Below are positions 12,901-26,958 of a DNA stretch of 64,000 nucleotides, piece by piece; position 1 is the first letter of the stretch; the number at the start of each line of letters is the position of its first letter. The notes under the pieces were generated by a model, which worked only from the letters and a program-made list of their open reading frames with translations, was not told where the DNA came from and did no database searches. This stretch comes from Raillietiella orientalis. Its lineage: Eukaryota. The position numbers and the translations under genes were made by a program. Where the stretch lies: positions 2,480,001 through 2,544,000 of the forward strand of contig JAYWIR010000006.1 of NCBI GenBank assembly GCA_036172245.1, written 5' to 3'.

Positions 12901-15900
12901 CCACCGATTTTCTCAGATGATTGACCTGATTTCCGTTATCCCTAGGTTCCGATGCTTTTCCGCTTGGCCTTGTCTAAGCACACCAACACCACACTACACA
13001 AGCGACTACTGTTGGACGAAAACACCAAAGCTTCGATTTGTGACTCGTAAACGTGCAAAGTGTGCTTTATTCGCTGTGCACGCAAGCACGTGCCCACAGG
13101 GAAAAGCAAAAAAGAGTCGGAAACAAATAACGTCATACTTCAGAATTCGCCCTCTTTGCAGAACTCATAAGGGATGGGAAAACACCAACCTGTATTAAGT
13201 TTAGAACACGTTATTTTTAAGATTCCCACACACCAGGAAACAAAAAGGTGTTTGAATTTTTGTGGTCTCTTGGAAACTCTGTGTTGTCTTAGGAAACAAG
13301 ATGTAAGTTGCCAAAATAAATCTTGAAGAGAGTTCGGCGGCAAAAATAGGAACCGACACTCAAGGAAGCCAAGAAAGCACATTTTTGGATTCCCAAACCC
13401 ACTAAGAGAGGGAAGCGCTATTTTAAAAAGTTTCGGACGCCACTTTATGCAAGCAGTGGAACAGAAGCATGTGGAAGAAAAAAGGAATCTAGAGATCAGA
13501 TTCGTCACAGATTGCGCATGGCTCCAGTGTGAGCATCCTCATTGCTCAAGTACTGGACATATACAACAGGAAAAGGAAAGGCCAAAACTCACTGCCTCAC
13601 TGTGCACTTCGAAAGCTCTGTCGATGTCAAAGAGCTTCTTCGACAGACGGCCAATCGTTTCTCAGAGCCGATGCAAACAAACCCGCGGTTAGTCTGAGTA
13701 ACAAGGGGTCTATCTCCAAATCGCGACTTCGGATGCCGATTTGAATCGAAGAACCTACTGGATACCCGCCCTAGTGGGCAGTGTCACCCTCATAAACTGC
13801 CGGGTGTACCACGGTGACCGAAACGGTGCAGACGTGAGCTGTGATCCGGGTTTCTCAAAGACCAATGTACCCAAGTCTCATGTTCTCTGATGAGCCAGGA
13901 TTAGAAGGACAAATTCACACTTATCATGGCAACCTTGATGTGACTGCACGGACAACCGCCATCGGGCAGTGGGATTGGGACTGTGGCAGCCAATCTGACG
14001 AGCAAAGGAACGACTGGAAGCCCGAAATCTCTTGTCTCCTTCAGAAATGCTTCCCGGTGTGAAAAGCGGCAGTCTCCACGCAGTGTTTGGAAAAAAGATG
14101 GCTGAAACACGACTAAATGAACGAATAAATACGAATTTCGGTAATTCCAATCTTAGAGGAAGCCGTCCAGTAGTTTCCTAACAAGCTGACAAGAAGCGCA
14201 CCAGTGTTTCAGCGGCTGGAAGGAATACACCGGGAAAGAGTCAGAGAGCTATGAGTGGACCGTCCCACGGTGTTCTCGTGGAAGAGAAACATGTTCGTTT
14301 TTGCGCGAGAAATGGACACAATGGGCATCCATCAAGGCGGAACCAATTTTCCTCTGCTTGTCGCTGTGTCAGACAAAACGAACATGGAACCAGAGATCAA
14401 GAATGATAACGCGAGTGATACCTCACACCCCTGAGCAATGGATCAGGAGGACCTTTCGAGGAGCGGACTAGACGGAAATGTAGGAAATGCTACCGATAAA
14501 GAAACGAAGGAGATATGCGGCATGAGTGCTAGAAATGTTAGCCACCGAACACTTAAAGTGAGAATGCGGTATGTTTTTCTTTTGGGAAATGAAATGAGTT
14601 ACTGGCATTTACAGTGTGAACCTTTCTCATCAACCCCATTGCATAGAAGGAGGTCCAGCGTGTAAAAACTGCGTTTGGATAAAAGCCCCTGAGTTGGAAA
14701 CCTTCGTTGGTTCCATCCGCTTTGTTTTTGATTTTCTTTCCAATTTGTTTGGGGAACTTTTAAATTTAAAAACGGTTCACAGGGCAACATAGTAATTACT
14801 TTATCGGCAAAGAACATTGGCAAACTTGATAGAGAGCTTACTTGGCACGTTGAAAAACGTGGTGTGTGGCACGGAGAAACCAACGGTTGCATTTTACTTT
14901 GACGAATGGTTTTCAGCCCCATCATACCTTCCCACTAATCTGCCATGCATTTTTATTTGTCCAAAATGAGATTTCGAAATTAGCAATTTCTCACGATTCG
15001 AGTAGAGGGGCAACTCGATAATACGAGAAGACAATCTGATAAACCGAAACCTAAGCAGCGTGCGCGTTAAGAACGAATAAGGAAATGCTGGGTGCGTAGG
15101 AATAACTACCATGCTACTGCCCCGGCCACATACAGGATGATGACGGGCGTTTAGAACAAGCGCTGATTAGCCCTGGGTTTAATTAAGAGGATGAGTGTGC
15201 AAGATGCAGGTCTTGTGAGCTTTCTCGGCAGCAACCCGCCGGTACCCTGAGTGCATGTCGAGGAACATTTACTTTGTAGAATCACTTTCCAATAAGACCT
15301 TGACAGTTTGATGCGATGAATTAATTAGGGGTGACCGAAGACCTTTTCGGTGGTGAACAATCTCTTCGAGTCGGAATCTTTACCACTGCTCTTATGTTTC
15401 AATAAAGAACAGTAAACTTGCAAAAAAAAAAAGAAAAAAGTATACCCAGGTGCGTACAATTTTGGAGTCGTACTAAAGATAAAAAGCATTTTTTTTTTTT
15501 CTTTCTTTTCTCAGCACCGGTCCAATTCTAGGGGTTTGGGCGTAAGGGAAATCAAAAGGCGAAAGGTTTTGAACAACAACTCCAAAGGCCACCGGAACAC
15601 GAAAAGATGACTTGTTGAATAAGAAATATGTACTTGCTAAGATATGATGAAACTTTTAGAAATGTTAAAAGGTCCACTAAAGGCAACCAAAAGACGTGGG
15701 GAAAACAAAATGGACACCTACGCCAATACCGCCAAAAACTTCCACATGTTCGAAAGCTCAACAGTAAAAATTTCCACTAGCAAAATAGAATGATTCCAAA
15801 GGAAACGCCCACGAAAAACGAGCAGCGACCATTCCTAACGGCTAGTAGAAGGAAGAATCCCACAGACGTAAGCGGAATGATAAGACGATCACTACAAAGG

Positions 15901-17404
15901 GTGGTTCATCACCCTCCATCGTGCTAGTAGAAGTTTCCACTGCGTATGACAACTTCCTTGCTTTCCAGCACTTCCAACCACATTACCTTCCAATCTCCCA
16001 AATTCCAACCACTTTCCCGACGACATGGGCCCACAGTCCTTGCTGCATCGGATACGACTTCGCTGTTGATCTGCTTGCCCGACTCCTCCACCCCTTTGCT
16101 TTTCCTCGCACCCTTAGTTTAAATGCATGCTGAGCGATGGAGACGAATCCCGAACAAACTTCGACATAGCTTGCGATGGGTGACTGCCCTGAAGTGCTGG
16201 GGATTCGAACTCTGCGCTGGACAGACACCCTCCTCCGGACCCATACCGTTCACACACGCTTCCGGTGCCATTCACCGTGGTGCACTCCTTCACTTGCTCG
16301 GGGCAGGGACGCCAAAGTCAACGACCACCCGGTTATTCGAAACGTTCATTCTGAACCAGAGAAGGTTGCTGCTCTTTTGCTGGAACAGTGAATTAACTGC
16401 TCTTTACACGCGACACCACGTTCGCTGGCGGATCCTTCAGTCCCTCAACGCGACAACGATCCCGAGTCGGATCGTTCCCATGGCAATCTCGAACTTTAGA
16501 ATTTTCGGAGAATTGCATTTTCTTGGATTTTTCCTTTTGCGCTTGATACTCGCATCACATCATCCCCGTCCACGCTGTCGCAGCTCTTTAGAGGAGTGTA
16601 CGTCACTCCCTCTGAATATTCCGATCCCCATAGGATTCGTAAGAGCTTTTAACACTCATGCACTCTTCCAGGAAATGCAATCCGCATCCAAGGCATGGGC
16701 TCGCGTTCTGATTTCCATTTTTCCCTCGTCCCGTTCCTCATGCTCATCAAAACTGGGCAAAAATACCAAAATATACATCCTTTTGATATATGCACGGTAG
16801 TGTGGTCCTAAAATACTCAAACAGCCAAAAATTTGTGTATTAGAATGAGATACGGCTCCAGGAAAAACCATGTAGAAAATAGGCAGAATAAATCGCACAG
16901 GTCTGTCCACAAATTAATGGAACTCAAGAAGGAGTATTATTACAATGAAACTAGTCATTTTGTTGCAGGAAAGAGGAATATCATAAATCTGGGAAAGACC
17001 TTTTAGACTTAGTTCCTCCAAATATCCAAAAGACCATGAGGGAAAGGTTTCAGTATTTCAATGAGCAGCTAAGAAAATAGCATCCATTACATTTAGAGAG
17101 ACATAAGCTTTCCATCACTGTGTAAGAGAAGGCTGAGATGATCATAAGAATTAGGGCGTTTTTTTCAACTGCACAAATGCAACAGTTTTTAAATAGATTT
17201 TCCAAATTCTAGCAAAAGGGTAATGTATTTTTGGTAAGATAAACTCTTTCCGGAATATCTTCTTAAAAAAAACCCTCAAAGGGAATTTTAAATCTTAACA
17301 AGGTTGCATTTTATTATTCACTGATATTTCCCACATTAATAAAACTCTGGCAGCGAGGTGATCACCTGGAATAGATGCTTTTGTCTTACAAAGAGGTTTC
17401 TTAC

Positions 17405-17486
17405 CTATAACGCAACCTGTAGTCAAGGAAATTGCACCAAATAGTCCAACACGCCTTTTTAGAGTGAGGCCCTCGGTAGATGACAT
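17405..17486 (-). CDS. SLC7A9: SLC7 (b(0,+)AT/LAT-type) amino acid transporter, first recognised coding exon
   Basis: Translates MSSTEGLTLKRRVGLFGAISLTTGCVI(G), the L(K)RxxGL...xxGxxIG start of SLC7 TM1. Ends in a gtaag donor in phase 1, matching the next exon. The frame is open upstream of the ATG to a possible acceptor near 17502, so the true start may be further up. The symbol names the closest subfamily, not proven orthology. Confidence 0.88.
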
Positions 17487-20400
17487 TAAAACAATAGAAA
17501 TCTGTGCACAGAAGGAAAACTTGTTTGTATTTTTTGTTCTTCCTCCAAACCTTTATAACTTTAGATTCTTGTTCTGAAAAAGTGGTAAAATAGAAAGCAT
17601 GTTTCATGTCAATCAAACATGTTTTTTCAATCAAATTAATGAACTGATCTTGAACATTTAACCATGCAGACACATATCACACTGCAGAATGTGACTGAAT
17701 TCTAACTTGTTCTTATGATTACATGAATTGCATTTTGAATTAATTAGATATGACAAATGCTGTTTAGCTATAATAAATAAATTACATAAGCAGTCAATAT
17801 TTTTTCTTTAACCTAGTGGCAACTAAATTTGGTGTTCCTGTGTAAAGGTGGCACTGGCATTCAAAATGTGAATCTTGAAATGATCCCTTAATTTTTCCAA
17901 GCAAGGGTGCAAAAAAAAAACGCTGTTAACAGTGCTTATCTAACTTTTTGAGCATCTCTGGGTTTTTCCTGGGAGGGCCACTATGTCAAAAAAAACTGCA
18001 AGTAATGTACAAAGCAGTGTCTCTGGGAGAGCCATTACTTTTTTCATGTTTTCTTCTTTTTTATTTTGTTTTGCAATCTCCACACCTACCTTAAATCCTC
18101 TTGATTATTCAAGGCTTTAGATCATTTAATTAGCATAACAATACAGTATACAAGCTGCTACAAAAAGACCCTTAAGAACCCTTAAGAACTTGAATTTGCA
18201 AAACTTCAAATAATTCGAATAACAGGGCTGCACTTGGACCACAGAACCAAAAAATATTCCCTGTCTAGATGCCTGGTGAATTACTTGAAAGGCTGGAAAA
18301 TTCGTGCTGGCAAGCTAGAACACTGCCTCTGATAATATCTTGGAAGGGGCGACATTTGTTTTCAAATTTTGCAAAGTTATTCTGAGATCGACCGTAGCTC
18401 AAATGAATGACCTACAATTGATTAACTTATTACTCCTCCATTTTCTCAGGGAGTACATCCTATATACAAATTTGAAATTGCTACTCCCTCTCTTTGGAGC
18501 TTCTACAGCCTCTCCACAACTGTGAATGCTGCTTTGTGGTGGAATTCTTGCACGAACACTGCGAGTACGAAGGGTGTGCTGTTGTTAGCTTTGGAGCTGC
18601 GGTTGCCCCAGTCACGCTTTTCACCTGCCATTGGTGCACCGACGTGGAATTTAAACTGAACTTCCATGGATTCGCAGGATCGACAGCTGTTCTGCACATC
18701 ACGGAGACCTCGCAGGGGCCCCCAGGACGTGCACACAGCTCTGAAGCACCCACTTGGAACACCACGCGCTGCAACCGCAGTGTGACCATCGCGAATTCGT
18801 TCAAGCCCGGGGCAAAGTCACAAACTTAAGGGTCATGGGGAAGGGGGGGGGGGGGGGAATTGCTCACGATTGCACAGCAGCCACGTGGAACGTGGTCCGG
18901 TGTTCTCCCAACTCCTCTGCAAAGCCCTCAGAATGCCCTCGGAAACGACACATTGCCCCGACACGACACACAACTACGTGTGATTGTTGCAGTCTTCGAC
19001 TCTAATTCTCCATCCCTCCAGACGGGAGAATACCTCTATAAATAGAATGCAGGTGTTTTCCATTGCGTAATCCAGAGCAGCCGAAGCAAGAACCCCCCCA
19101 AAGCTCAAGTATCTACAGGAATAGCCAAAAAAAGAAAATAGAAAGCTCCGATCAAACGACGAGTAGAGTGGTCCCACTACGATGCGCGGGTTTGTTTTTT
19201 TTTTTCCTGGTGTTCCAAGGACACATTCTGTTTTCACAGAGATGGTGGATTTAAAAGGAGCATAAAAAGTCTTAGGGCGTCTGCTTTCCTGCTGGTAGTC
19301 CTGCTGTGAAGACATCCACTTCCGCTTCTTCGGAGCGGGAGTCGGACGTGGGAGCTTTGCCTCAGTAAAAAAAAAAAAAAAAAAAAACTCAACTTTGCTA
19401 CAAACCATTGTGATGTTAGACCGGTAATCTGAGCAAAAATACATGAGAATACCATGTGATCGTACAAGATAATCGAAATTCGGATCTACCTATGCATTCC
19501 ATGTACCTTCCTGTTCCATCGAATGGAAACTTTTCCGCATTTTTTGCAGGGGTGCCTAACAACAGCAACAAAAAATTCGATTTCTTCGTTAAGCCACACT
19601 AGAGAGCTGCCAAACGCCTCAGGGAGATCAGATTCAAACATTTGAACAAGACTTCGGGTTCTTAAAATTCAAATTCAAATAGGACGCGGTCGTGCAGTGC
19701 TCCAGGAAAGTATTTATCATGATCGGCATTTGAATTCCTTCATAATTTGGGAGGTTTCATGCTCAGTAGCTATCAGTCACCTTAAACCGAATTGAATTAA
19801 CTCGAGTGATATTATGGGATGGAAGCAACGCGTTATTTAGTGGGGGATTTTTTTTTTTTTTTTTCTAGCTATAATGGAATTTATTGCCTGCACCCACATA
19901 AGTCATGAACTTGAATGAACGCTTAATTTTCCATTTTCCACATTCCAAAGTTATTGATTAATATTGATTCGTCCCGTTCGCTGTGTTCTGTCATGATTCT
20001 TTAAACATGTGCCTTCTAAAGAGGAAGGAACGAGCCTTTTTTCATTTGAAATTTCAGCAAACACTCCAACATTGCTTTTAGAAGTTGCTTTCCGTTTATT
20101 TTGAAATTATTTTCAATACGCTAATTAATTTGGAATTATAGTACTGCATTCTTTTTTTGTTTTGTTTTTTTCACCTGTGATGCTTCCTGTTTCAGGAAAA
20201 AACAACAACCATCCACTCCTCATGCAGTTGAGTGATTTTAAAATCACGACTTTCCCATGTTTCAATAAGACAAGAGCTTTTCCTGTTTTTTTTTTTTTTT
20301 TTCTTTATCATTCACACTGAATACTTGAAAAACTCATAGCAATGCATAAATATGAATCCAGAAATGTTTTAAAAATGGGGTCTTTTGTTAAAAGCCAATA

Positions 20401-22161
20401 AATTAGCACCCCATTGATTGTTATGGTGCATCAAAAGCACTGAACTCCTTTTCTTGAAAAGACAAAAAAAAAGTTGCCAACAAGATGCCTCAAAGGCGGC
20501 CGTTCCCTGTTCCAAGCAAAGAAGCACCCTTGGCTTTCTTTTGGTGGAAAAGTAACAACTGCCCAATCCTTAAAAAGCAATTGCTGTTTACAAAATCAAT
20601 GCTTGTCCTGAAGTACATTAATCAACATTTATTTCAGGTACAAGGTCGATTGAAAACTCAAGCTAGGTTTTGTTTGTGCAACATTCAGAAACGGACCGAT
20701 TACTATGCAGTAAACCCTAGAGAGTGATTTTGGTGATCCCCCCCCCCCCTCTCTCCCTTTTTTTTCCCCCCTCCTGATGAGAATCAAACTAGTTAAAAAT
20801 CATTTTTTTGTGTGTGTAATAAGCTGACAATAACATACTTTAAAGACAAAAAGTCATGGGGGCCATAACCAAGATGCCATGCAATGAATTTGGGCCCCCA
20901 AAAATAGAAGTTACCAAAAGATGCAAATACCGATGGAACAGCCATTTCACCACAAAGCCATTTCACACCAAACTATCAAGATCCAATCATGACCACAACT
21001 TGTGGTTTGAAATCTTGGATAGAAGATGTGCATAAAAATGTGGTCCACCACCAATCTTTGAAGCATGCTCCGTTTCCCTGAATCCCTCTTCCCAGCGCAA
21101 ACACGAAGAAGGCAGTTTTTTATTGTTCTGAACGTCAGAATCGTCGCGATTTGCCCCTCGACACCGGAAGATGGCAGTACGAAGCTAAAGAGCCTGCAGC
21201 TTCCGTCTGCACCCCCTTTTTTGAGTGTACGAAAAATTAAATTAGCAAACCCAAATGCAAAGTTTCGATCACAGACTTTTTCGTGTTCGGAACGACGGCA
21301 GAATTTGATTTTTCGCAGCGAGAAAAAGATAGGGGGAAAGGGCGGGATGGAGGGGGGAGGGGGACGGGGGAGGGGGGAAGAAAAGAAACTGAACTGTCCA
21401 GATGAACTGTCGATCCACATCGTTTTCCCCTCTTGGACCTCCGGAGTGCCTCCGGAATCGGCAGCAGCATTTGCGTACAATCAGAAAAGACGGGAGGCGA
21501 GTTTGCGCCAGGCGTGTGTACACTCCGGAAGAACACAAGACGCGGAAACGTCCCCTGCCGGCATGCGGGAACACCCGAAATGCAAATGCGCGCGATCAAA
21601 CACGAATTTCTTTGTGTCCCCCTTCCCTGTGGAAGACATCGGCCCCCGAATCTGAGAGGAATTCGTTACCTGGTGTTCAGGCCGCCGGCTGCGTGTCATC
21701 AGATCGATGCTGTCGTCCGACTTGTACGCAATGCTCCGGGTGCACTACGCTCACGTGAATTTCCTTCCACTGGAGAAGATCGATAGCGGTGGGAACGTCA
21801 TAGCGTTCTTGGAATGTGTGTGGCGCAAGCGGGGTTCATTGTGGTTTACGGCCATCCAGCTGCAAGCAGGAGCCAGCCGTGGTAAGCACGCAGCTCGCCC
21901 ATTCATGCAGACTGGGGGAGAGGGGGAGGGGGGGAATTTCGCTTCGCCTGCCTTATGGACTTATCTGGGTTCCCTAAGGCCCTGGGATGAGGGAAGCGGC
22001 TACCAGGGATCTCCCCGTCGATTAAGCCTTGGCAGGAATGGGATCGGTAGGAAGTTGAGAGCCGGAATCGAAAGGAAGAGGATTAATAGGTAACTCACAG
22101 GGGATGCGACCTCACGAGCCCAGACAAAAAGGCTAACGAAGATTATTAAAAACAGCTGAGA

Positions 22162-22203
<42 letters not shown>
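22162..22203 (+). repeat. (AAT)14 microsatellite
   Basis: Direct reading of the sequence. Confidence 0.97.
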
Positions 22204-22204
<1 letters not shown>

Positions 22205-23629
22205 GTGATAAAAACTCTGTTTTACAAAGTCTTTATTTTTAAAAAGAGAGCAGCAGACATATCCTTCGATCAGCCCATCACCTCCTGCTTTCGGATTCCT
22301 TTCTTTATGAATTTTTGGGATTAAATTATGACCGAGTTACCCATGCAATTTATTAATGGTATTAAGAGCTTGTGGTTAGGGGGTGAGTGGGGAACCCTTG
22401 TCAATAAAGCATGAGAAATTTAGAATCGAGTTATTTAATTTGTGTTATGACACGATGAGGAGAATCACTTACTGACTGCACGATTAAGATCACGGCACTT
22501 TCGCTCACAAACTTGTAATTATCGAAAATCACTAGAAAAAAATTCTCTTCTTTTTTTCTACTCGGACTTTGCAAGATAGTGCTCGTTCCCCTTTTGAACG
22601 GGCCAGGGACCAGTCGGGAACACGAATGGAAAATAAACCACAGAATACCTAGCTCTCCTCTTATTCCTTAATTTAAAGGTAATGCCAGTTACTCGCAGTT
22701 GCTCTGGGAGACTCTCCATGGTATCAAAGGAACTGAACTGAAACAACCAAATCTGAAAGAAGCTGCAAAAGGAACTTTGTTTGGACCAGCATTCCAAGAA
22801 AAGGAACGCATTTCCGAAGTTGAACTCGGAACTTGGCCCCGGGTCGTGCCCTTCACGGGTCTTCGAGCCATCCTTGGATCACCTGTGATTTACAGGAGTG
22901 CGGAGCAGAGACTTCCCGGTTCCTTCCGACAGAATCAGTAGAAGTTCAGCCTTCCCGTGTTTTGGCAGTCGAAGCGTTCGGGCGATTCCAGTTTGATGCT
23001 GGCCTTCCTGGAAGTGAGTTCCGTGAAGGAACGGTGTTTTCCTGAGCGAGCGCCACCGTGGACATTTCTGCAGGGGTTGCTCCTAATTTCAGAAGAATGC
23101 AGGGCGAAGAGGTCTCATTTGTTTGTGGTGACGTTTCTCACATCTTTCTGTGGCTGTTCATCACGTGTCGCTGATGAGAAACCTCGTGCACTGCGTTGAT
23201 ATGTGATACCTCGTATGACGGAGTGAGGAATTCGGAGTAATCAGGAGCGTAATTGAAATCATGCCGGCCCTTTTTGACTTCAGGAACAGAGCCCAAACAG
23301 TTGCCCAATACTTTACAAACCAACAGCCTGGGCCAACAGAATAGACCTCTGGATGAAACACCAATTCGTGCTATAACACTATTCGTGTGACTCAGTTACC
23401 AAGCCATAAGCTGCTCGATCATATTACGGCATCATTTCTCGGTTCTCAAAAGGCGCCGAGCGCTCGTGCTGCAGCAACGAATGATTTCTTAGATGCGTCA
23501 AACTCTTACCACGGTTTGTTCTTCTTTCCGTTCTTCGGCTTCTACTCACTGGAGCTCCATAGAAAGTGGCCTCTGCATGCGCAGAAACCCGAAAATGAAA
23601 ATCATCAGTGTGAAAACTAGTAGACATTC

Positions 23630-23662
<33 letters not shown>

Positions 23663-26600
23663 AAGCAAAAAACAAAACACCAAAAATTCAAGGTGTTGGG
23701 TGAAAATTTGCAGTCAGTTCCAAGGAGGGGAAACAAAAAGTCCAACCACGTTCTTCGCAACACACCAACAGAGCGTTGGGATTGCAACTACCGCCGCAAT
23801 TCTTCGTCTACGCTGAGACTCATTCCCATAAACTACCATCCATTCCTGATTGAAAAAATCTTCTGGAAATCGTGGGCCACCTGGTGTGGTGCGACCCTAG
23901 GTGATAGGTAAAATTCGACGACAAATTCCTCGTGGCGTCGCAGCGGGAACTTGGAAAACACACATCACACGTAGCACATGCCGAGGAACCCTTGCAGTCG
24001 TGGTGGTAGCTGTTTTTGTCTGCGATGATGCGACACCTACCATCTCTGCCATGTTAATTCCCATTCCACGCTTATTCGTCAGCTCATTCCTTGTAACTCT
24101 TATGGTAGTGCCGCTGGGCAAAGGAAGAATTCCCCAAGGATCGGACCGCGCCTCGCTACTTGAAATTTTCGGAGAAACGCTCGTTGGCTACAAAAACAAA
24201 CCGCGAATAGAGGTCTTTTTCCTTTTTTTTTTTTTTTTTTGCAGCTCACGTGTCGTGAATTTTATGGTAAACTTTCATGGTAATTCCATTTTATGAATTT
24301 TATGGGAGAAAAGGAGGACACTGAATGCGTGACTGCTCTCGAATGTGGCCTGCTGGATGAAAAACGCCAATCTAATCGGAAGAACTCCTTTTCAATGATG
24401 AAAATCCAGATAAGGTAAACAAATGAGTGACCTTGGAGGCTGGGAACAGGGAGTGTCGACCACATTAAGGGGTATTGGATGTGGGCATGCAAATGCCGAA
24501 GTGAAAGCTCGTGCATTCACTCGGCTGTTGTTCAGAACTGGAGAACACCAACACACCATGCATGAATTCCCTCCCGTCACGGATGGAGCAGACGAATATA
24601 AAAAGGCATCACCACTGAGGTTGACGGCCAGCAGGCCGAGGAGTAAAAGTCGCGCCGAAAGTGTCCACCGTTTCAGCCACGTGCGACCTGCCACGAAATC
24701 GCTCCATTTGGGAAGGAAGGAAGGATCGAGTTGTACAGGATTACTCCACAATTCGTACCGGTTGATTCCCGGTTCACTCGCAGTTGCCTTTCAGTTCCCT
24801 GCATGCTCCCCTCGTCACGGCTCAGCCGTTTCACATCTTGCGGAACGGTCAAGAAAAAAAGTTATGTTCTCGCAAAGGTCAGCGCAAAGCAAGACGACAC
24901 CGAAGACAGGCAGTGCGGACAAAGTCGTAGGTTCTTCCAGCCCACCTCCCTCACCCCCAAAGTGACCTGATGGGCGAAGAGCGCTAGAAAATTTCGTCCG
25001 GCAGGCAACCACGAAAATTCACATCGGACGTTTCCAACTGCTTCTTCTAGAGATGCTTCTTCGTTTTGCTCTTTAAGTTAGAAAATCACCGGCGCTTGTG
25101 CGGTGCTGTGCAAAACGGTTTCCGATATGCAGACGGAGCGATCAGATGCGGGAGACTTTATAGATTTTTTTTCTTCTTCTACCACTTGAATCTCACTTGA
25201 CGAGGGTTCTGAGGGCAGAATTTCGTTCCACCGCCCCCGGAAACGGGGAAGGCATGTGATCAACCATTCCGAAACCACCACGAATGAGCAGCTGACCATT
25301 CCGAACCGAATTCTCCGTGAAAGGCGGATGTGAACGGTCGGAAAACCAGAGCTCTTCCACCAGTAAGTACGAATGAAGAACGCTGCCGCCCTTGTGTGTA
25401 AGAGAAGTGCCACACATATACGCACACGCACCGAAAACGAAAAGAACGCGAAAGCACACGCACGAAGATTGAATTTTGATTACCGTCGTCGATTCGGCTG
25501 CTTTCCGGCCACGTGCGTGCTGTCGGTCTTCTAACGCACTGCAGTGCTTTTTTTTTCTCGCTCTCCCTCCCTCTCTCGTTTTTGGCTCCAGGTTGCTGCG
25601 GGGGCCTCTCCGCGCGGCGGGGATTTTATTTGCCCGCAACCGGTTCCTGCGGCTCGAAGAACTCCCGGGACCGCAGCGTTCCGCTGACAACAAAATGATT
25701 GACGAAGTGTTTTCCCCATTGGAAAGTGATGCTGGGCCATCCCGCTGATTTTCGCCCCCGGAAGACGGCTGGACCTCGGTCTTGAAAGACGGGAAGCTCG
25801 GGCCTGAAAGCGGATCCGGCTCGGAGAGGAATCTCTGTGCCGCGAGCTGCCGCTTTTCGTGTTGCGGTGTGATCGGATGTTGTCATCCTTCCAGCCTGCT
25901 TTGGAGTTCATTCGCAGATGCCGTCAGCCCTCGTCGGCCCTCGCCAATCGTGATTTTCTGCTCCTTCTGCCAAAAGTGCCTGTGATTCCCTTGCTGCTGT
26001 CGACTGACGCTGCGATTTTCAGGAATAACGTTCAAGAAACCACGCAGTGCACTTCTAATTGGGGAGGGTTCTCGCATTGTGGACCTAGCCCGTTGGTTGA
26101 GAAATTGCGAGGATCAGGTGTTTGGTTTGAAGCCTCCTCTCTTCCAATTACGAACTCTTTGACACATCAAAAGAGATGTCCGAGCCATTTCTGGTGAATA
26201 CCAAGAACTCACGACAGAAGAAATCAAAAACCAAAGATGGAAAAATTGAATTATCTTTGACTTTCAAATGAATGGACGCGATGTAATGACAGTGGTGATT
26301 GCCTAGTGAATTTCGACTGGTTTCTTAGCTACCGATGTCAAGAGGGCAGAAGCTTTAAATTCTCTTTATTATTCTCCGGACTGTCGCTCCTGGGACGCTT
26401 GAAAACGCGAGCGTCACGTTCTCAAACTCTGAGACAGCCTCTGAGACAAGACCACCCTATGGGAAGGTTTTCCAGAACCTTCCTGGGTTGAAGACGACCA
26501 CGGTCCCTCTGCAATGTTTCGACATCTTCTTGGGAGAAGGAAACCAACGTTCTTCCAGCTCCCAGTTCTTCCAGTTGCTGTCGCGGTGGCCTCTTTGCAT

Positions 26601-26811
26601 CCAATCGCGTCGGGAACTCGGATTGCACCAGACGGCACCTAACTGCAGGAGAAGAACCAGGATCCAGGCATAAAACAGCAGTGGAATTAGGTGTGGAAAT
26701 TTTAGACGAAGACCAGTGGCATAAAATGATAAATTCAGACACACCACACGCGTGAAATTAAAGGATGTAGGAAGTGCGTTTCAGAAAAACTTTGGCGAGC
26801 TGAGGTCGCGT

Positions 26812-26958
26812 GAGCATGAACCACAAGACATTGAACTTACTTTGAATTCTTCAATTCAAAATTACGTTGTAGCTGCTCTTTACTCCGCTTTACTTGAAAG
26901 TGCAACAAGCGAGAATAGTGCTAGCATGGTTGCCATGGAATCAGCAAACAGAAACACT
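26812..26958 (+). pseudogene. atpG: Fragment of bacterial-type F0F1 ATP synthase gamma subunit (C-terminal region), probable nuclear Wolbachia/Rickettsiales transfer
   Basis: Translates [49 protein letters not shown], matching (Y)EP...LYxALLESxxSExxARMxAMxxAxxN of AtpG. Similarity stops abruptly on both sides; the segment is AT-rich and unspliced. The donor assignment rests on my recollection of Wolbachia AtpG ([17 protein letters not shown]) and is not search-verified. Confidence 0.8.

Noticed and set aside
13877..13900. LMFSDE resembling the Tc1/mariner (V/L)FSDE motif
   Set aside because: No further DD34E/D motifs or TIRs nearby.
16195..16215. Lone B-box-like GAGTTCGAATCCC on the minus strand
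   Set aside because: No A-box at suitable spacing and no similarity to the SINE copies.
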